DNA of 64,000 bases from Phaeosaccion multiseriatum. Taxonomy: Eukaryota > Protista > Ochrophyta, other classes. The stretch covers positions 2,728,001 to 2,792,000 of the forward strand of contig OZ218956.1 in NCBI GenBank assembly GCA_965112735.1. The letters run 5' to 3'. Position 1 is the first letter of the stretch. The number at the start of each line of letters is the position of its first letter. The notes under the pieces were generated by a model. That model saw only the letters and a program-made list of their open reading frames with translations. It did no database searches and was not told the DNA's origin. This document shows positions 12,994-24,674 of the stretch, one piece after another. A program made the translations under genes and the position numbers.

Positions 12994-15393
12994 ATGACGG
13001 GCAACACCTTGACGGGCTTCATTTCCCCAGCAGGGGGGCTTCATGCTGGTCATGTTGGTGCTGGTGCTTTCACGTGCTCGTGGGGAAGGCCTCCTCCCCC
13101 CATCACCTCCTCACCTGCACAATCTATTGGAGGAACAAGAAGGAAGAGCTCCTTCAGAGCAGACGTTAGAGCGGTCCCTTTTGAGCGACGTTCATCGGCG
13201 GCTCCCTCGCTCCGCCTCCTCGGAGCCGTGGATAACGACTCAGGAGAGCCCAATGTCGCCGCGTACAACGCTGAAATTATAGCGTGTGGGAAGGCAGGGA
13301 AGCCCAACAGGACGTTTGACTTGCTGAAGAGGATGCGGAGCAAAGGGCTGACGCCAAGTGCAGACGCGTGCACCGCTGTTATCGCAACTTGTGGCATGGT
13401 AGGGCAGTACGAGAAGGCGCTGGACGTGTTCAAGGTGATGCGAGAGGAAGGGCCCAAACCCATTGGAACCACGTACAGTGCTGCGATTAGTGCTTGTGGT
13501 AAGGCAGGGCAGTGTGACAAGGCGCATGACTTGCTGAGGGAGATGTGGAGGGAAGGGCGACCCACGCCCAATAGATCCGCGTACAGCTCTGCAATTTCGG
13601 CTTGTGGTACGGCTGGGCAGCACGAAAAGGCGCTCGACTTGCTGGAGGAGATGCGGAGGGAAGGCCCTCAGCCCACTGAAGTGGTATATAGGGCTGCGAT
13701 GTCTGTTCTTGGCAAGGCAGGGCAGTACGAGAAGGTGCTTGACTTGCTAGAGTACATGCGAGAGCAAGGCCCCACGCCCAATGAAGCCACGTACAGTGCT
13801 GCGATTACGGCTTGTGGCAGGGCAGGAGAGGTGGAGAAGATGATTGATTTACTGAAGGATATGCGAGAGGAAGGGCTTCAGCCAAGTGCCCGGGCATACA
13901 GTGCTGCCATTAGTGCTTTTGGCAAGGCAGGGCAGTACGATAAGGCGTTTGACTTGCTCAAGGAGGCGCGCGCAAAAGGTCCCGAGCCCAGTGAAGTCCT
14001 GTACAGGACTGTGATTTCGGTTTGTGGTAAGGCAGGGCAATACGAAAAGGTGCTTGACTTGCTAAAGGAGATGCAAGAGCAAGGCCCCAAGCCCACGAAA
14101 GCTGCGTACAATGCTGCACTTAGCGCTGGTGCCAAGGCAGGGCAGTACGAGAAGGCGATTGACATTCTAAAGGAGATGCGAAAGGAAGGGTTTGAGCCAT
14201 ATGTCAACGTGTACAACTCTGCGATAGGGGCTTGTGAAAAGGCTGGAGAGAACGAGAAGGCTCTTCAGTTGCTGGAGGAGCTGCGCGGCAAAGGGCTCAA
14301 GCCCAGCAAAGCATCGCACGCCTCTGCCGTGACATCTCATGGCACGACACAGCAGAACGAGAGGGCGCCTGACTTGGCCGGGGAGAAGCGCAGGGAAGGG
14401 CCTGAGCTCAACGAAGCATCGCTCAATTCTGCAATTTCTGCTTGTGGCAAGGTAGGAGAGTACGAGAAGGCCCTTGACTTGCTGAAGGCGATGCGGAGCG
14501 ACGGCTTTCAGCCCACTACAGGCTCGTGCAATTCTGTGCTCACTGCCTGTGGCAAGGCAGGGCAGTACGAGAAGGCGCTTGGGATGCTGAAGGAGATGCG
14601 AGAGGAAGGGCCCCAGCCCAATCTTTCCTCATACAATTCTGCGATCACTGCGTGTGGCAAGGTAGGGGAGCACGAGAAGGTGTTTGACTTGCTCAAACAG
14701 ATTCGCGAGCAAGGACTTGAACCCAATGAAGCCTCGTACAACGCTGCGATTGCTGGTTGTCGCATGGCAGGAGAGGACGAGAAGGCGCTTGACTTGCTGG
14801 AGGAGATGCGCAGCGCAGGGCTCAAGCCACAGGCCATCACGTACAAAGTTGCAATGACGGCTTGTGGCAAGGCAGGAAACTACGAGAAAGCGCTCGCCTT
14901 GCTCAAAGTGATGCAGAAGGAAGGACCCCAGCCCACTGAAAACACGTACAACTCTGTGATACGAGCGTGTTGCAATGCAGGGCAGCACGAGAAGGCGCTT
15001 GACTTGCTCAAGGAGGTACGCGCAGCAGGCACTCAGATTTTTAAAGTGACGTACATGGATGTCATCGACGTCCTGTCCGTGCACGAGCAATGGAGCTCGG
15101 CTGACGCCTTGTACGCAGAGGCCATCGCACAGGGAGTCTTGTCGCATTGGGGGAGGGGCGAGGAGGGGAAGAAACTGGAGTTTCGCGGGCTTTCGGAATG
15201 GATCGGCAAGGCCGCCCTTCGCTACGCTCTCCAAGTGGAGAAAGCCAAGGGCGAGATTACTGTCGCCACCGGTCGAAGCCGCGAAGGCGTGAGCGAGCTC
15301 AAGTTGGCGTTGCTCGATTATGTCAGCGAAGAGCTCGGACTCCCCACCACAGGGAGGGACAGCGAAGAGGGCGTTTTCACTTTCGAAGTATGA
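12994..15393 (+). CDS. Intronless P-type pentatricopeptide repeat protein with C-terminal SMR domain (PPR-SMR)
   Basis: 799-aa ORF with about 17 tandem 35-aa repeats (P..xxYxAAIxACGKAGQYEKALDLLxEMRxxG). The C-terminus is SMR-like (LEFRGLS...ITVATGRS...LG). The N-terminal Ser/Arg-rich extension looks like an organellar presequence. Confidence 0.92.
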   Translation: MTGNTLTGFISPAGGLHAGHVGAGAFTCSWGRPPPPITSSPAQSIGGTRRKSSFRADVRAVPFERRSSAAPSLRLLGAVDNDSGEPNVAAYNAEIIACGKAGKPNRTFDLLKRMRSKGLTPSADACTAVIATCGMVGQYEKALDVFKVMREEGPKPIGTTYSAAISACGKAGQCDKAHDLLREMWREGRPTPNRSAYSSAISACGTAGQHEKALDLLEEMRREGPQPTEVVYRAAMSVLGKAGQYEKVLDLLEYMREQGPTPNEATYSAAITACGRAGEVEKMIDLLKDMREEGLQPSARAYSAAISAFGKAGQYDKAFDLLKEARAKGPEPSEVLYRTVISVCGKAGQYEKVLDLLKEMQEQGPKPTKAAYNAALSAGAKAGQYEKAIDILKEMRKEGFEPYVNVYNSAIGACEKAGENEKALQLLEELRGKGLKPSKASHASAVTSHGTTQQNERAPDLAGEKRREGPELNEASLNSAISACGKVGEYEKALDLLKAMRSDGFQPTTGSCNSVLTACGKAGQYEKALGMLKEMREEGPQPNLSSYNSAITACGKVGEHEKVFDLLKQIREQGLEPNEASYNAAIAGCRMAGEDEKALDLLEEMRSAGLKPQAITYKVAMTACGKAGNYEKALALLKVMQKEGPQPTENTYNSVIRACCNAGQHEKALDLLKEVRAAGTQIFKVTYMDVIDVLSVHEQWSSADALYAEAIAQGVLSHWGRGEEGKKLEFRGLSEWIGKAALRYALQVEKAKGEITVATGRSREGVSELKLALLDYVSEELGLPTTGRDSEEGVFTFEV

Positions 15394-15665
15394 TAAACAG
15401 GAGCAGCATCATCCGGTAGAAACGGCGTCAAGGCGGTTATAGAAATAGTAGTGTCTTCCGAGGTTACAAGTAGGGGGGAGGAGGAGACTATCCCCTCCAA
15501 CACAATGGGGTAATTGCTGGCCCTTGGTCTTCATATCTCTCTCTCCCTCCCTTCCTTCCTTCCTTCCTCTTCTCGGTGTTGCTTGCGCCCTCGTTCGAGT
15601 CCTCAGTGCCGTCTTGAGGAGGCTGTGCAGGACTCTTAATTTTTAAGTGCCATCTAGTGCGATGA

Positions 15666-15755
15666 TCGACCCCTGATACACTATCGCCCACTTGCTCGAT
15701 AGCGCGCCGGCTGGCGCCGGCGATAGCGGATAGCGGATAGTGTATCAGGGGTCGA
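15666..15755. mobile_element. MITE-like non-autonomous DNA transposon, short copy (90 bp)
   Basis: Perfect 20-bp terminal inverted repeats TCGACCCCTGATACACTATC / GATAGTGTATCAGGGGTCGA, flanked by the direct repeat CGATGA (15660-15665 and 15756-15761). Homologous to 25903-26199. Confidence 0.9.
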
Positions 15756-16017
15756 CGATGACCACCAGAGGCTACTACAAGAGTTGGTTCGCCAACGACG
15801 CCATTTGGAAGAGAATTTGGTTTCTGGTTTCTTCAGCCAGCCGGCCGCTTGCTTCTTCTTCTGTGTGTCCACTCGGGCTAGCCCCCACACAGCTCATCAG
15901 AGGCCCTACACTGCTGCTCGTTAAGAGCTTTTCCTTTGGACCTTTGAGCCACCCCGACTTTGTCGCTGCTGGGGGGGCTGTGGCGTTCTACGGGCACCTG
16001 AAAAGGTCTACAAAAAA

Positions 16018-16820
16018 ATGGCTGATGTGGATGAAACTCGCCTATTGGGGTTTATGGAAAGATTGAGCAGGGCAGAAGCCAAGTCCATGGCGTCGGTGGG
16101 AGCCGCAGAGGGGCTGGATGCTGCGTCGCTCGCACGAGCTGAGGAGCTTTTTCAGCGCCTCGGGAGAACAGAGATTGCCTTAGCGACTCAGCGCCTCGGG
16201 GTTGCAGAAAGCGTCGATGCGTCGGCGGGGGCCCAAGAGGTAGCTAGCGGTGTTGGGGCGGCGCCAGGGGCTGATGTAGATGTGGATGTAGATGCAGATG
16301 CAGACGCAGCTCGGGGAGAAGAAGATGCCCCAGAGGCGGAAGAAATAGTAGAGCAGGAAAAGGAAGGAGAGAAGTCGGCGCCGCTGCCCATAGCGGCAAT
16401 CACAACCGCAGCATCAGAGGGGGCAGCGGTTGCAGCCGTATCAAGCCCAACAGGGTCAGGGCAAGGGTCAGCACCCGAAATGGAGGAGGTGCCGCGTGGG
16501 GAAGCACCAGCAGCACCAGCGGCATCATTAGTGATGCCACCACCACGAGCAGCAGCAGCTGCAACAACAACGGACCAAGGCGAGGGCAAAGAAGAGGTAA
16601 AGTGGCGTGCAATGAATACTACCATTGGACTGCATATCTGCCCCCAAAACGCCCAAGTCTTTGGGCGATCGTCTGGCGCGTGTAGTCTCTTCACCGCACC
16701 GCCTTTCATATACGTTCGCGGTGCTCACAGCAGTCCTTCCTTCCTTCCTCCTCCCCCCTTCCCCGCCCTTCCTTCTCCTCGCCCCGATACTGTACGATTA
16801 GGAGGGTCCGCTGCTGGCAC

Positions 16821-16859
<39 letters not shown>

Positions 16860-17239
16860 CATCAACGGCCACCGCCACCGCCTCTCCCCCCTCTGCTGCT
16901 GCTGTATCACCAACTTCCGCTGCCACCCCCGCAGAGGCCCCTTCTGCTCCGGCGCAAGCCCCTGCTCCAGAGCAGAGCAGTGCAGATACTGCAACTATTA
17001 CTAATGCTACTACGCAGGGCGACAAGGAGGAGGAGGCCCAAGGGGACAAGTTGTATTACTCAATGGACGTGCTGACGGGCCCCACAGACAGCCTGCCCGC
17101 TGGGGTGGACGCCACTTGTCGGGAGGCGTACCTGTCTGATGCCGAGTTTGAATCAGTGGTGGGCATGGACAAGGCAACTTGGGAGGCGCTGCCGAAGTGG
17201 AGGAGGGTGAGCAAGAAGAAGGAGCTCGGGTTGTTTTGA
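16018..17239 (+). CDS. Villin headpiece (VHP) domain protein with acidic low-complexity N-terminal region
   Basis: Exons 16018-16596 and 16802-17239, in phase. The C-terminus [48 protein letters not shown] matches the headpiece consensus. Confidence 0.88.
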
Positions 17240-18260
17240 TTGATATTGAATGAATCATCACATCTGTCCCAGCATCTGTGACTCTTTATTATGGTGCTCC
17301 TAGGGCTGCCTGCCTGCTGTGTCACCAACTGCTGCTGATATTTAGAGGGGTTTCATCTCGTGGGAGATTGCGTCTTAAAGCCCAGGGGGTATCGCGAGTG
17401 CTGACGTCCCCCCCCTTTTTTTTGGAGAGTGGAACTAGATCATGTAATGCTGCCCCTCTCCTCCACAGAGAGGGTACGGCCCGGGGGTACTGGCTGGTGG
17501 GATTAAATGGAGTATAGGGGGTATGGTTGGGAGGAAGGGCGGGGCAGATGCGTCTACCTTCTGCCCCGCCCTGCTTTCGCACCCTCTGAAAATCGCATGT
17601 ACCCCCCACACTGATAAGAGCAAAGCTTTGTGTTGACTGAATGACTGAGTGAGCTTTATCACTCTCCCGTTTATATAAAGTTTTGATACAATGAGGGCCT
17701 GCCCGAGACAAGTGTGGCTAATGATGCCCTTGCCCGAGACGAAGAATGGAGTGCGGGCGTCAGGACACTCACAAAAACGAGTGCAGTTCGTCGGAGAAAG
17801 GGTGCAAGCGTCAGCAGGCACAAGAGTGGGCTACAGGAAAGGTCTAATGGCAAGAGAGTGCAGGTGTCAAACGGACCACGCGTGTTCCAACGACAAAAGC
17901 GTGTACGCGTGACAGAGGAGAGCAACAGCGAAAGAGTCCAGGCGTCTACGGGCTAGATAGAACAGCGGTCACGGGCGACAAGGAGCAGCGTCAAGAGCGA
18001 CAAGGAGCAAACGTCAACGCTACAGTATCGGGACGGATCATCCTCCCCCCCCCCCCCTCCATCTCCCCTCCTCCTCGTCCTCCTCCTCCTGCTGCTGCTG
18101 CTCCTGCTGCTGTGCTGCTGCCTTTGAGTACACTAAACGATGTGGCCACCCTGAAAACCCGCATATATCCACAGCCCCGACAAGGACAGGCACAAGCCCT
18201 ACTTGCACATGTACTGCGTGTCAAGAGGCCCACAAGAGGAAGCATACACGCCTCACGCTC

Positions 18261-19965
18261 TCACGCCTTTGCTGACTTTCGCATAGCACTCCGCATTCGG
18301 ATCTCGTTTATATTCCAGCTGAAGAGGGATTTCGTCACCGTCTGTGTGCGCCGCAGAGAGCGAAGCGTAGAGTCCGCCACCTGTCCATACACCTCTCCGA
18401 TGTCGGCGTAGAGAGTGTCCTCGGCTTTGGAGATGAAGGCTACGACGGCGCTGGCCAGAGAGGAGGCGGTCTGGGGAGGAGGAGGAGGAGGACGAGGACG
18501 GGGAGGGGAGAGGCGAGGTGGAGAGTAGCAGGTCAAAGAGTGGGGGGAGGGGAGTGGGGAGGAAAGGGAGGTGAGGGGGTGGGGGGAGAGGGGATTGGAG
18601 GGGAGAAGAGTGGAGAGGAGAGGAGAGGGAGGAGAGCAAGAGGGGATAGGGCAGGAGAGGAGAGGAGAGAGAGACGAGGTGAGATGAGAGCAGAGCAGGG
18701 GAGAGGAGGCTAGAGGAAGTAGAGGAGTGGGGAGAAGACGATACAGAAGGGGGGCAGAGAGAGGAGACGAGAGACAGAGAAAGGAGAGGAAAAAGGTGGG
18801 AGAGAAGAGGATGTGTGTGAGAGAAGAGAGAAAGAAGATGAGAGAGAGAGGAGAGTGGAGTAAGATTCACTGACGCGTACAGGCACTCTCCCACGTACAT
18901 ACCTCGTACTCGAAGCTCCCCCGCTTAACCGGCTTGCGGGTCTGCAGCTGCATGTTTCCGTTCTCGAAGTAGTGCCCCTTCACCGCCACCAGTCCGCAAG
19001 CCTCGCAGCTGCCCCCTCCTCCTCCTCCTCCCTCCGCAGGTGTCAGGCTGACTTCGAACCTGCTACTCCACGACCCTGCCCACCAGTTCCGGAGGTTGAT
19101 ATTCTCGGCGCTTATATGCACCACCAGCTTGGCCTGAGCGCTCGCTCCTCCTCCCTCTCCTCCTTCAACCGCGTAAACGGAGCACGCGCTGATCTGGGCG
19201 GGTTCGAAGCGCGTGGGGAGGTAGTCCATAACAGCAGCCTCAACGGCGGCTCTTTCTTCCTCCACGGAGGTCGGTGGGTGCGGTGGTGCCAACGCATCTT
19301 CTCCGGCAGCGCCGCTCTCCTCAGAGGCTTCCTCCGGGACACTCTGTGCTGTGGCGTTGAGATGGTCGACGGAGACCACTTTGGAGGTGTACGTATCCAG
19401 CGCTGAGGTGGGGCCCAATTCCCTACATAGAGTTCAGTAATTAAGTATAGTGAGGTGGGACGGGGTGAGGTGTTGGATGCAAGACACACACATGTGGACG
19501 GGACAACAGTTCCTTTGCCCAATCTCACTCAGGCTCTCCCTTTTCTCTTCTTTGCTTGGTCAGATCCTTTCTTCGATTCACGTCTTCACTCACCCCTCCG
19601 GCGCAGCAACGATTGGTGCGCTCTCTCCAGCTCCCACTTGGACGACTTTCCAAGCAGAGTTGTTGTAGGCACGAGCAAGCTCCGAGCGCTGCTGCTCGCT
19701 CATCAACTCGGGCCCCAGGAGGCGCGTGAGATCTGACCAGGAGGGAGGAGCAAGCGCGAAGAGGAGGTGAGCAGAGGAGCAGACACGGGGAGAAGCAAGC
19801 AAGACGGTCGTGCACCTAGCGAAGAACACAGAGGGTATTTGCCTCACCTCCCAGCACTTCCTTGAGCTGCCCTGGGGGGCTCTTCATGGCCATCTCTCTG
19901 GCTATCTCCAGCTTCTCCTCCGGGCTCAGCGCCTCTAGCTCTTCCACCTCTCCCTCGTCACCCAT
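18261..19965 (-). CDS. CAPZA: F-actin capping protein subunit alpha
   Basis: Exons 19965-19848, 19732-19594, 19422-18903, 18470-18261. Motifs: SPPGQLKEVLGDL, NLRNWWAGSWSSRF, KGHYFENGNMQL, TLRSLRRTQTVTKSLFSW. Confidence 0.9.
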
Positions 19966-20273
19966 GTTGCTGCTTTTGTGCTGTGTGCGAGGGAAAGGGG
20001 GGCCAGTTTGACTTTCAGCCAGATGCTTTTATTTTTTTTTTTGGTGGGGAGATCCTGCGCGCAGCAAGAAAGGAAGCAAGGAGGCAAAAGGACACAGTAG
20101 GAGGAAGGAGTAGGGATTAGAAGCAGCAGTATCTATCTAGCGAATAACTTTCTTGCCTCTGCCACTGACCGCTGCTAGGGAGGGGAATGGGGAAGTAGTC
20201 AAAGCAAAGAAAGCGTGGAGCGCCACTCGCAGCCGGGAAATCCTTTTTTGAGAGAGCAGGGAAGGCTGTGACG

Positions 20274-23200
20274 ATGGGGTTTGCTGCCAAGGCCTTGCTT
20301 GTGGGGCTCATGGTGATGCGAGGAGAGCGGGCGGCAGCTGCCAGTGAAGCTGTGGATCAGCAAGTGGGCCAGGAGCAACAGAAGCAGGAGCAGACAAGGC
20401 ACGGACACGCGCATCACCAGCGCGGCTTTCGGCAGCTGCCGAGTAAGCGGCAGCAGCGGCGATTGCAGGAGCGATTGGACAGCCTCGGCGCCTCCAGGGA
20501 AGGGCCAGAACAACCACAGCGCAGGGGCAAGAGGAGGAAGCTGCTGAGCGAGGAGAGCAGTACCAGCAGCAGCGGCAGCAGCTACAACGATGGCGTTTCC
20601 ACTGGCGGCTGGAACGAGGGGGAGATGGAGCTGGTGAAAGAGGAGGGCGAAGAGAAGAACAAGAGGAGTAAGAAGAAGGAGAGGAAGGTGACTTCACCCA
20701 GGATCCCGTACTGCAGAAAGCATATGCACATGGCCAACATGTACATTGACGTAGTCGATACAGACTCGAAAATCGTGCAGCGAGAGAAGCGGCTCATTCT
20801 GTTTGGGGGCAAAGGGCAAGAGTACAATTACAAGCCCCATGGCCAGGTCTTCCTCAACGACCAGTGGGCCCTGCATATTACCAACACGGGATTCACCTGG
20901 ACCCAAATGCTGACCAACCACATCGACCCTGCAATTCGCAAGTCGCACAAGCAATTCCCGTCCATCCAGGAAGGCCAGGACCTCACTTCGCCCGAGCAAC
21001 CGGAGGCGAGGTGGAAGTTCGGGATGCAGGTTTACCACAAAGATGAGCTCTTTCTGTTTGGAGGAGATGATGAGAACGACGGGGACGGCCACTTCCTGGG
21101 GGACTTATGGAGCTACAAAATGCGTAAGTGCAGGTGCTGGAGCAGCCAAGTTTCCCTCTTCCTGTCTGTCCACAGCTCCTGTCTCCCTTTCTTTGGTCTA
21201 CGTCTTGGTGCCCCCCCCCCCCTTACTGGTTCTCTCTTCCTCCACTCAGTCTCTCTGTCTGACACACACACCGTGTTTTCCACAAAACTATCTCCCCCAT
21301 ACGCACACACGCGCGCACACACACACACGCACGAACGCGCGCACGCACGCAGGACACAATACCTCCGAGCGCAGCTGGAAGGCCCTGGAGAGGTTTGGGA
21401 CGAACCCGGGCGCGCGAAGGGGCCACATCACAACCATTGTCAACAACAGCACCTTCCTCGTGCAGGTCAGTCAGTCTCATCAGTCGTCAGTCGTCAGCCA
21501 GCGGGCGTAACGACCACTTTCAGTTTCAGTTTGTTCGGCCTTCTGGCCAAGACACCAAAACGGAAGGGCTTGCTTTGCTTGCAGGTGTTCTGTCTGTTTG
21601 TTTGCTTACTTACTTCGAAGGCTCTGCTCCTTGCTCTATTGCATCTGATCTGAGCTCGCTGATGTGGGCGATAGATAGCGAGTGCTCTGTGTCCGTGTGA
21701 CACCTCCCCTCCCCTCCCCCCTCCCCGTCCCTTGTTGTAGAGTTACACCCGCCTCCCCTCTCCCCCCTCGTTCGTTCGTTGTTCGTTGGTTTGCCATCTC
21801 ACACCCTCGCACCCAAAATATCACGCCCCCCTTTGTTTCCCCCTCTCCCTCCCGCTTGCCACCCCCTCTCCAGGGAGGCAAGACAAAGGGACAGGGAGAG
21901 GACAAGCACACGTGCGATCTCGGAACATTCTCGCTCAATGTCTCAGACTCGAAGGTATAAACGTTTCGGGTCTAGATTGAGTTTCAGTTTCCGTTTGTGC
22001 CAGGTGCACAGCTCAGGATGGCGCAAAGCTGTCGGCATCGCTTTCTTTCGGATCGGTCCTGGATCGGTCCTGATGTAGCGAAGGTCCTCACAAACTAATC
22101 CTCCTCTGTGGCTCTGGCATTGACTCTTCACAACAGGCCCTCTGGGTCCAGAGGGCGTCCTTCCCTGGCGTCTGCCGCTGGGGAGGCACCATGTCAACCG
22201 TCCAAAGCAAGGCCCTCAATATGCATCTCGGTCTGCCCAGCAAGAGGGAGCTCGCCGTGGTCTTCGGCGGCCGGCTCCTTAAATCGCACGCGTATGAGTA
22301 CTTCAGCGAGGTGGGTGGGTACAGTCTCTCTGTGTGTGTGTGTGTGTATGTGTGTGTTTGTGCGTGTATGCATGTGTGTGAGAGAATGTGTGTGTGCACG
22401 CGCATGTGTGGGTGCAAGTGTGTGTGTGTGTGCCTGTTTGTGTGCGTGTGTGGGTATGTATGCTGTGTCGCGCGCTTAATCGCCTACCTTCACCTCTACC
22501 TTTCATTTGTCTTGTCATCTATCCCGTGTATCAAGATATTTCATGAGTAGTGAATAATCCTTCCACGTACTTTTGCCCATTCGCAGCTATGGGCCTACGA
22601 CATGGTGGATGACATGTGGCACTTGATCTGGGCTCCAGACATGCCCGGCAAGCAGCCCAAGCAGCAGGAGGCGGGGGAGGAGCAAACCATCCCGGGGGGG
22701 CTGGTGCTTCCAGCCAAGGCACCCATGGCCAGAGACCACCACGGAGCCATGTATGTTCCCGAGGTGGACAGGTTCTATGTCCATGGGGTGAGTGACGAGG
22801 GAGGATGGGGAGTGGGGGAGGAGGAGGAGGAGGAGGGTAGGGCTGGAGGGAGGGGAGGGGAGGGGAGGGGAGGGGAGGGGAGGAGTAGGGGGATGTCAGC
22901 TACCTGCTTGTCTGCAGGCAATAGAAGCTGAGCAGTGCCCCTCCGTGCTATTTTGTGCACAGCGGGGGAGAGACAGAGACATACGTATATATTATATCTA
23001 CAGTTTAAGAGAGCGGGACACAAAATGGCAAGCGAGGGAGAGAGAAGTCCCGTCCGTGGTTGGTCTACGTCTAACCTCCCCCCTTCATCCTCGATCTGTG
23101 CGTTTGTTGTACTTTCTCCTCCTCCTCCTCCTCCTCCTCCTCCTCCTCCTCCTCATCTGTGTACACATACACCCCTTGCCGTCCGTCACCACAGGGCCGC

Positions 23201-24639
23201 TTCTCGGATGCGATGGTGCCCCCCCTCGAAGATCTTTGGGCCTTTGACTTTGAGGCAATGGCGTGGGCCGAGCTGGAGGGCCCTCCGAGACCAAACGGGA
23301 TGCTCAGAAGCATCATGTACTCGGATCTGACGGCCTCATCGCCAGAGGTAAGAAGGGGGGGTGCAGGTACTAACGACCTTTTGAGGGAGGGAGGGAGGGA
23401 GGGAGGGAAGGGACAGAGAGAGCCGACAGAGCAGAGCAGGAGAGGTGGATTGGTCAAGTGATAGTTCGATGAATGGATGGATGGATGGATGAAGTGATTG
23501 GTGTGTTGTGTTGATTCAGAAGGCCTTGTTGTCCTACTTGCACACGTCTCTCCAAAGCCTAATGCTCTCTCTTTCTGAGTACTTTTATGCTGAGTAAGCA
23601 GCCCCACTCCACTCCACTCCACTCCTCTCCTCTCCACTCCCTTCTTGGCTTTCCCCAACCCACAAGTCGTCTTTGTCCCTTCCCCCGTCCCTGCCTCTCT
23701 TCTCTCCCTCCCTCTTGACTCTCCCCCACAACACGCACGCACACACGCACACACACCCAGGGGCGATTTGGTCACAGTATGGCCGCCTGGCGAGGGGGGG
23801 CGGACGATGGCCTTGAGCCCGTGCTTGTGGTGTTCGGAGGGGAGACGGTGAGCGAGAGTGGCATTAAGGCACTGATGAACGACGTGTGGACCTACAACAT
23901 CGGGACTAACAGATGGCGGATGGTGTCAAGGGCGGACTGTAGGTGCGTGAGAGAGTGCGTGAGGGGGTGAGAGTGATGGCGTGAGTGAGTGAGGGAGGGA
24001 GTGAGAGAGTGAGTTAGTGAGTGAGGGAGGGAGGGATGGAAGCAGTGAGTGAGTGAGTGAGTGAGTCAGTGAGTGAGATCCGAGAGAGACGCGAGAGACA
24101 CCTGAGGACAGACTTTCCTTCTTCCTGGTCCTTCTCCTCTCCTCCATTCTCTCTCGTTGTGCTCTCTCAACTCCGCTTCGGTTCGCTTTCCCTCGCCCCC
24201 CCCCTCGCATCTGTTTGACGTCGTCCTCGTCCTCTCCCTCTTCCTCCTCCTCCTCCTCCTCCTCCTCCTCCTCCTCCTCCTCCTCCTCCTCCTCCTCCTC
24301 CTGCTGCTGCTCCTGCTCCTCGTCTTCCTCCTCCTCCTCCTCCTGCCCCTCCTCCTCCTCCTCCTCCTCCTCCTCCTCCTCCTCCTTCTTCTTCTCCTTT
24401 TCCTCCTCCACCACCACCACCACCACCACCACCATCTGCCCCCTTCCTCCTCCCCTCCCCGATCCCCACCCGCGATCATGCAGTCCCGGCGCGGACGGAA
24501 TCATAGTCCCTCCTCCCGTCAACCTGGCCTTCCTCCTCGCCCTCGCCGCTGCTCTCATCATGGGGGGCCTGGTCCTCCTGTGCGATAGCGTGAGCAAGGC
24601 AGCGCGCCGCAAGAGAATGGACTACGTTAACATCAGCTG

Positions 24640-24640
<1 letters not shown>
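20274..24640 (+). CDS. Kelch-repeat beta-propeller type-I membrane protein (signal peptide, C-terminal TM helix, short cytosolic tail)
   Basis: Exons 20274-21123, 21353-21465, 21874-21954, 22137-22310, 22587-22787, 23195-23347, 23761-23942, 24484-24640, in phase. Kelch motifs: ILFGG..NDQW, LFGG..GDLW, ARRGH, VFGG..ELW, ARDHH, GRFGH..VFGG..NDVW. TM: [21 protein letters not shown]. Confidence 0.85.
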
Positions 24641-24674
<34 letters not shown>

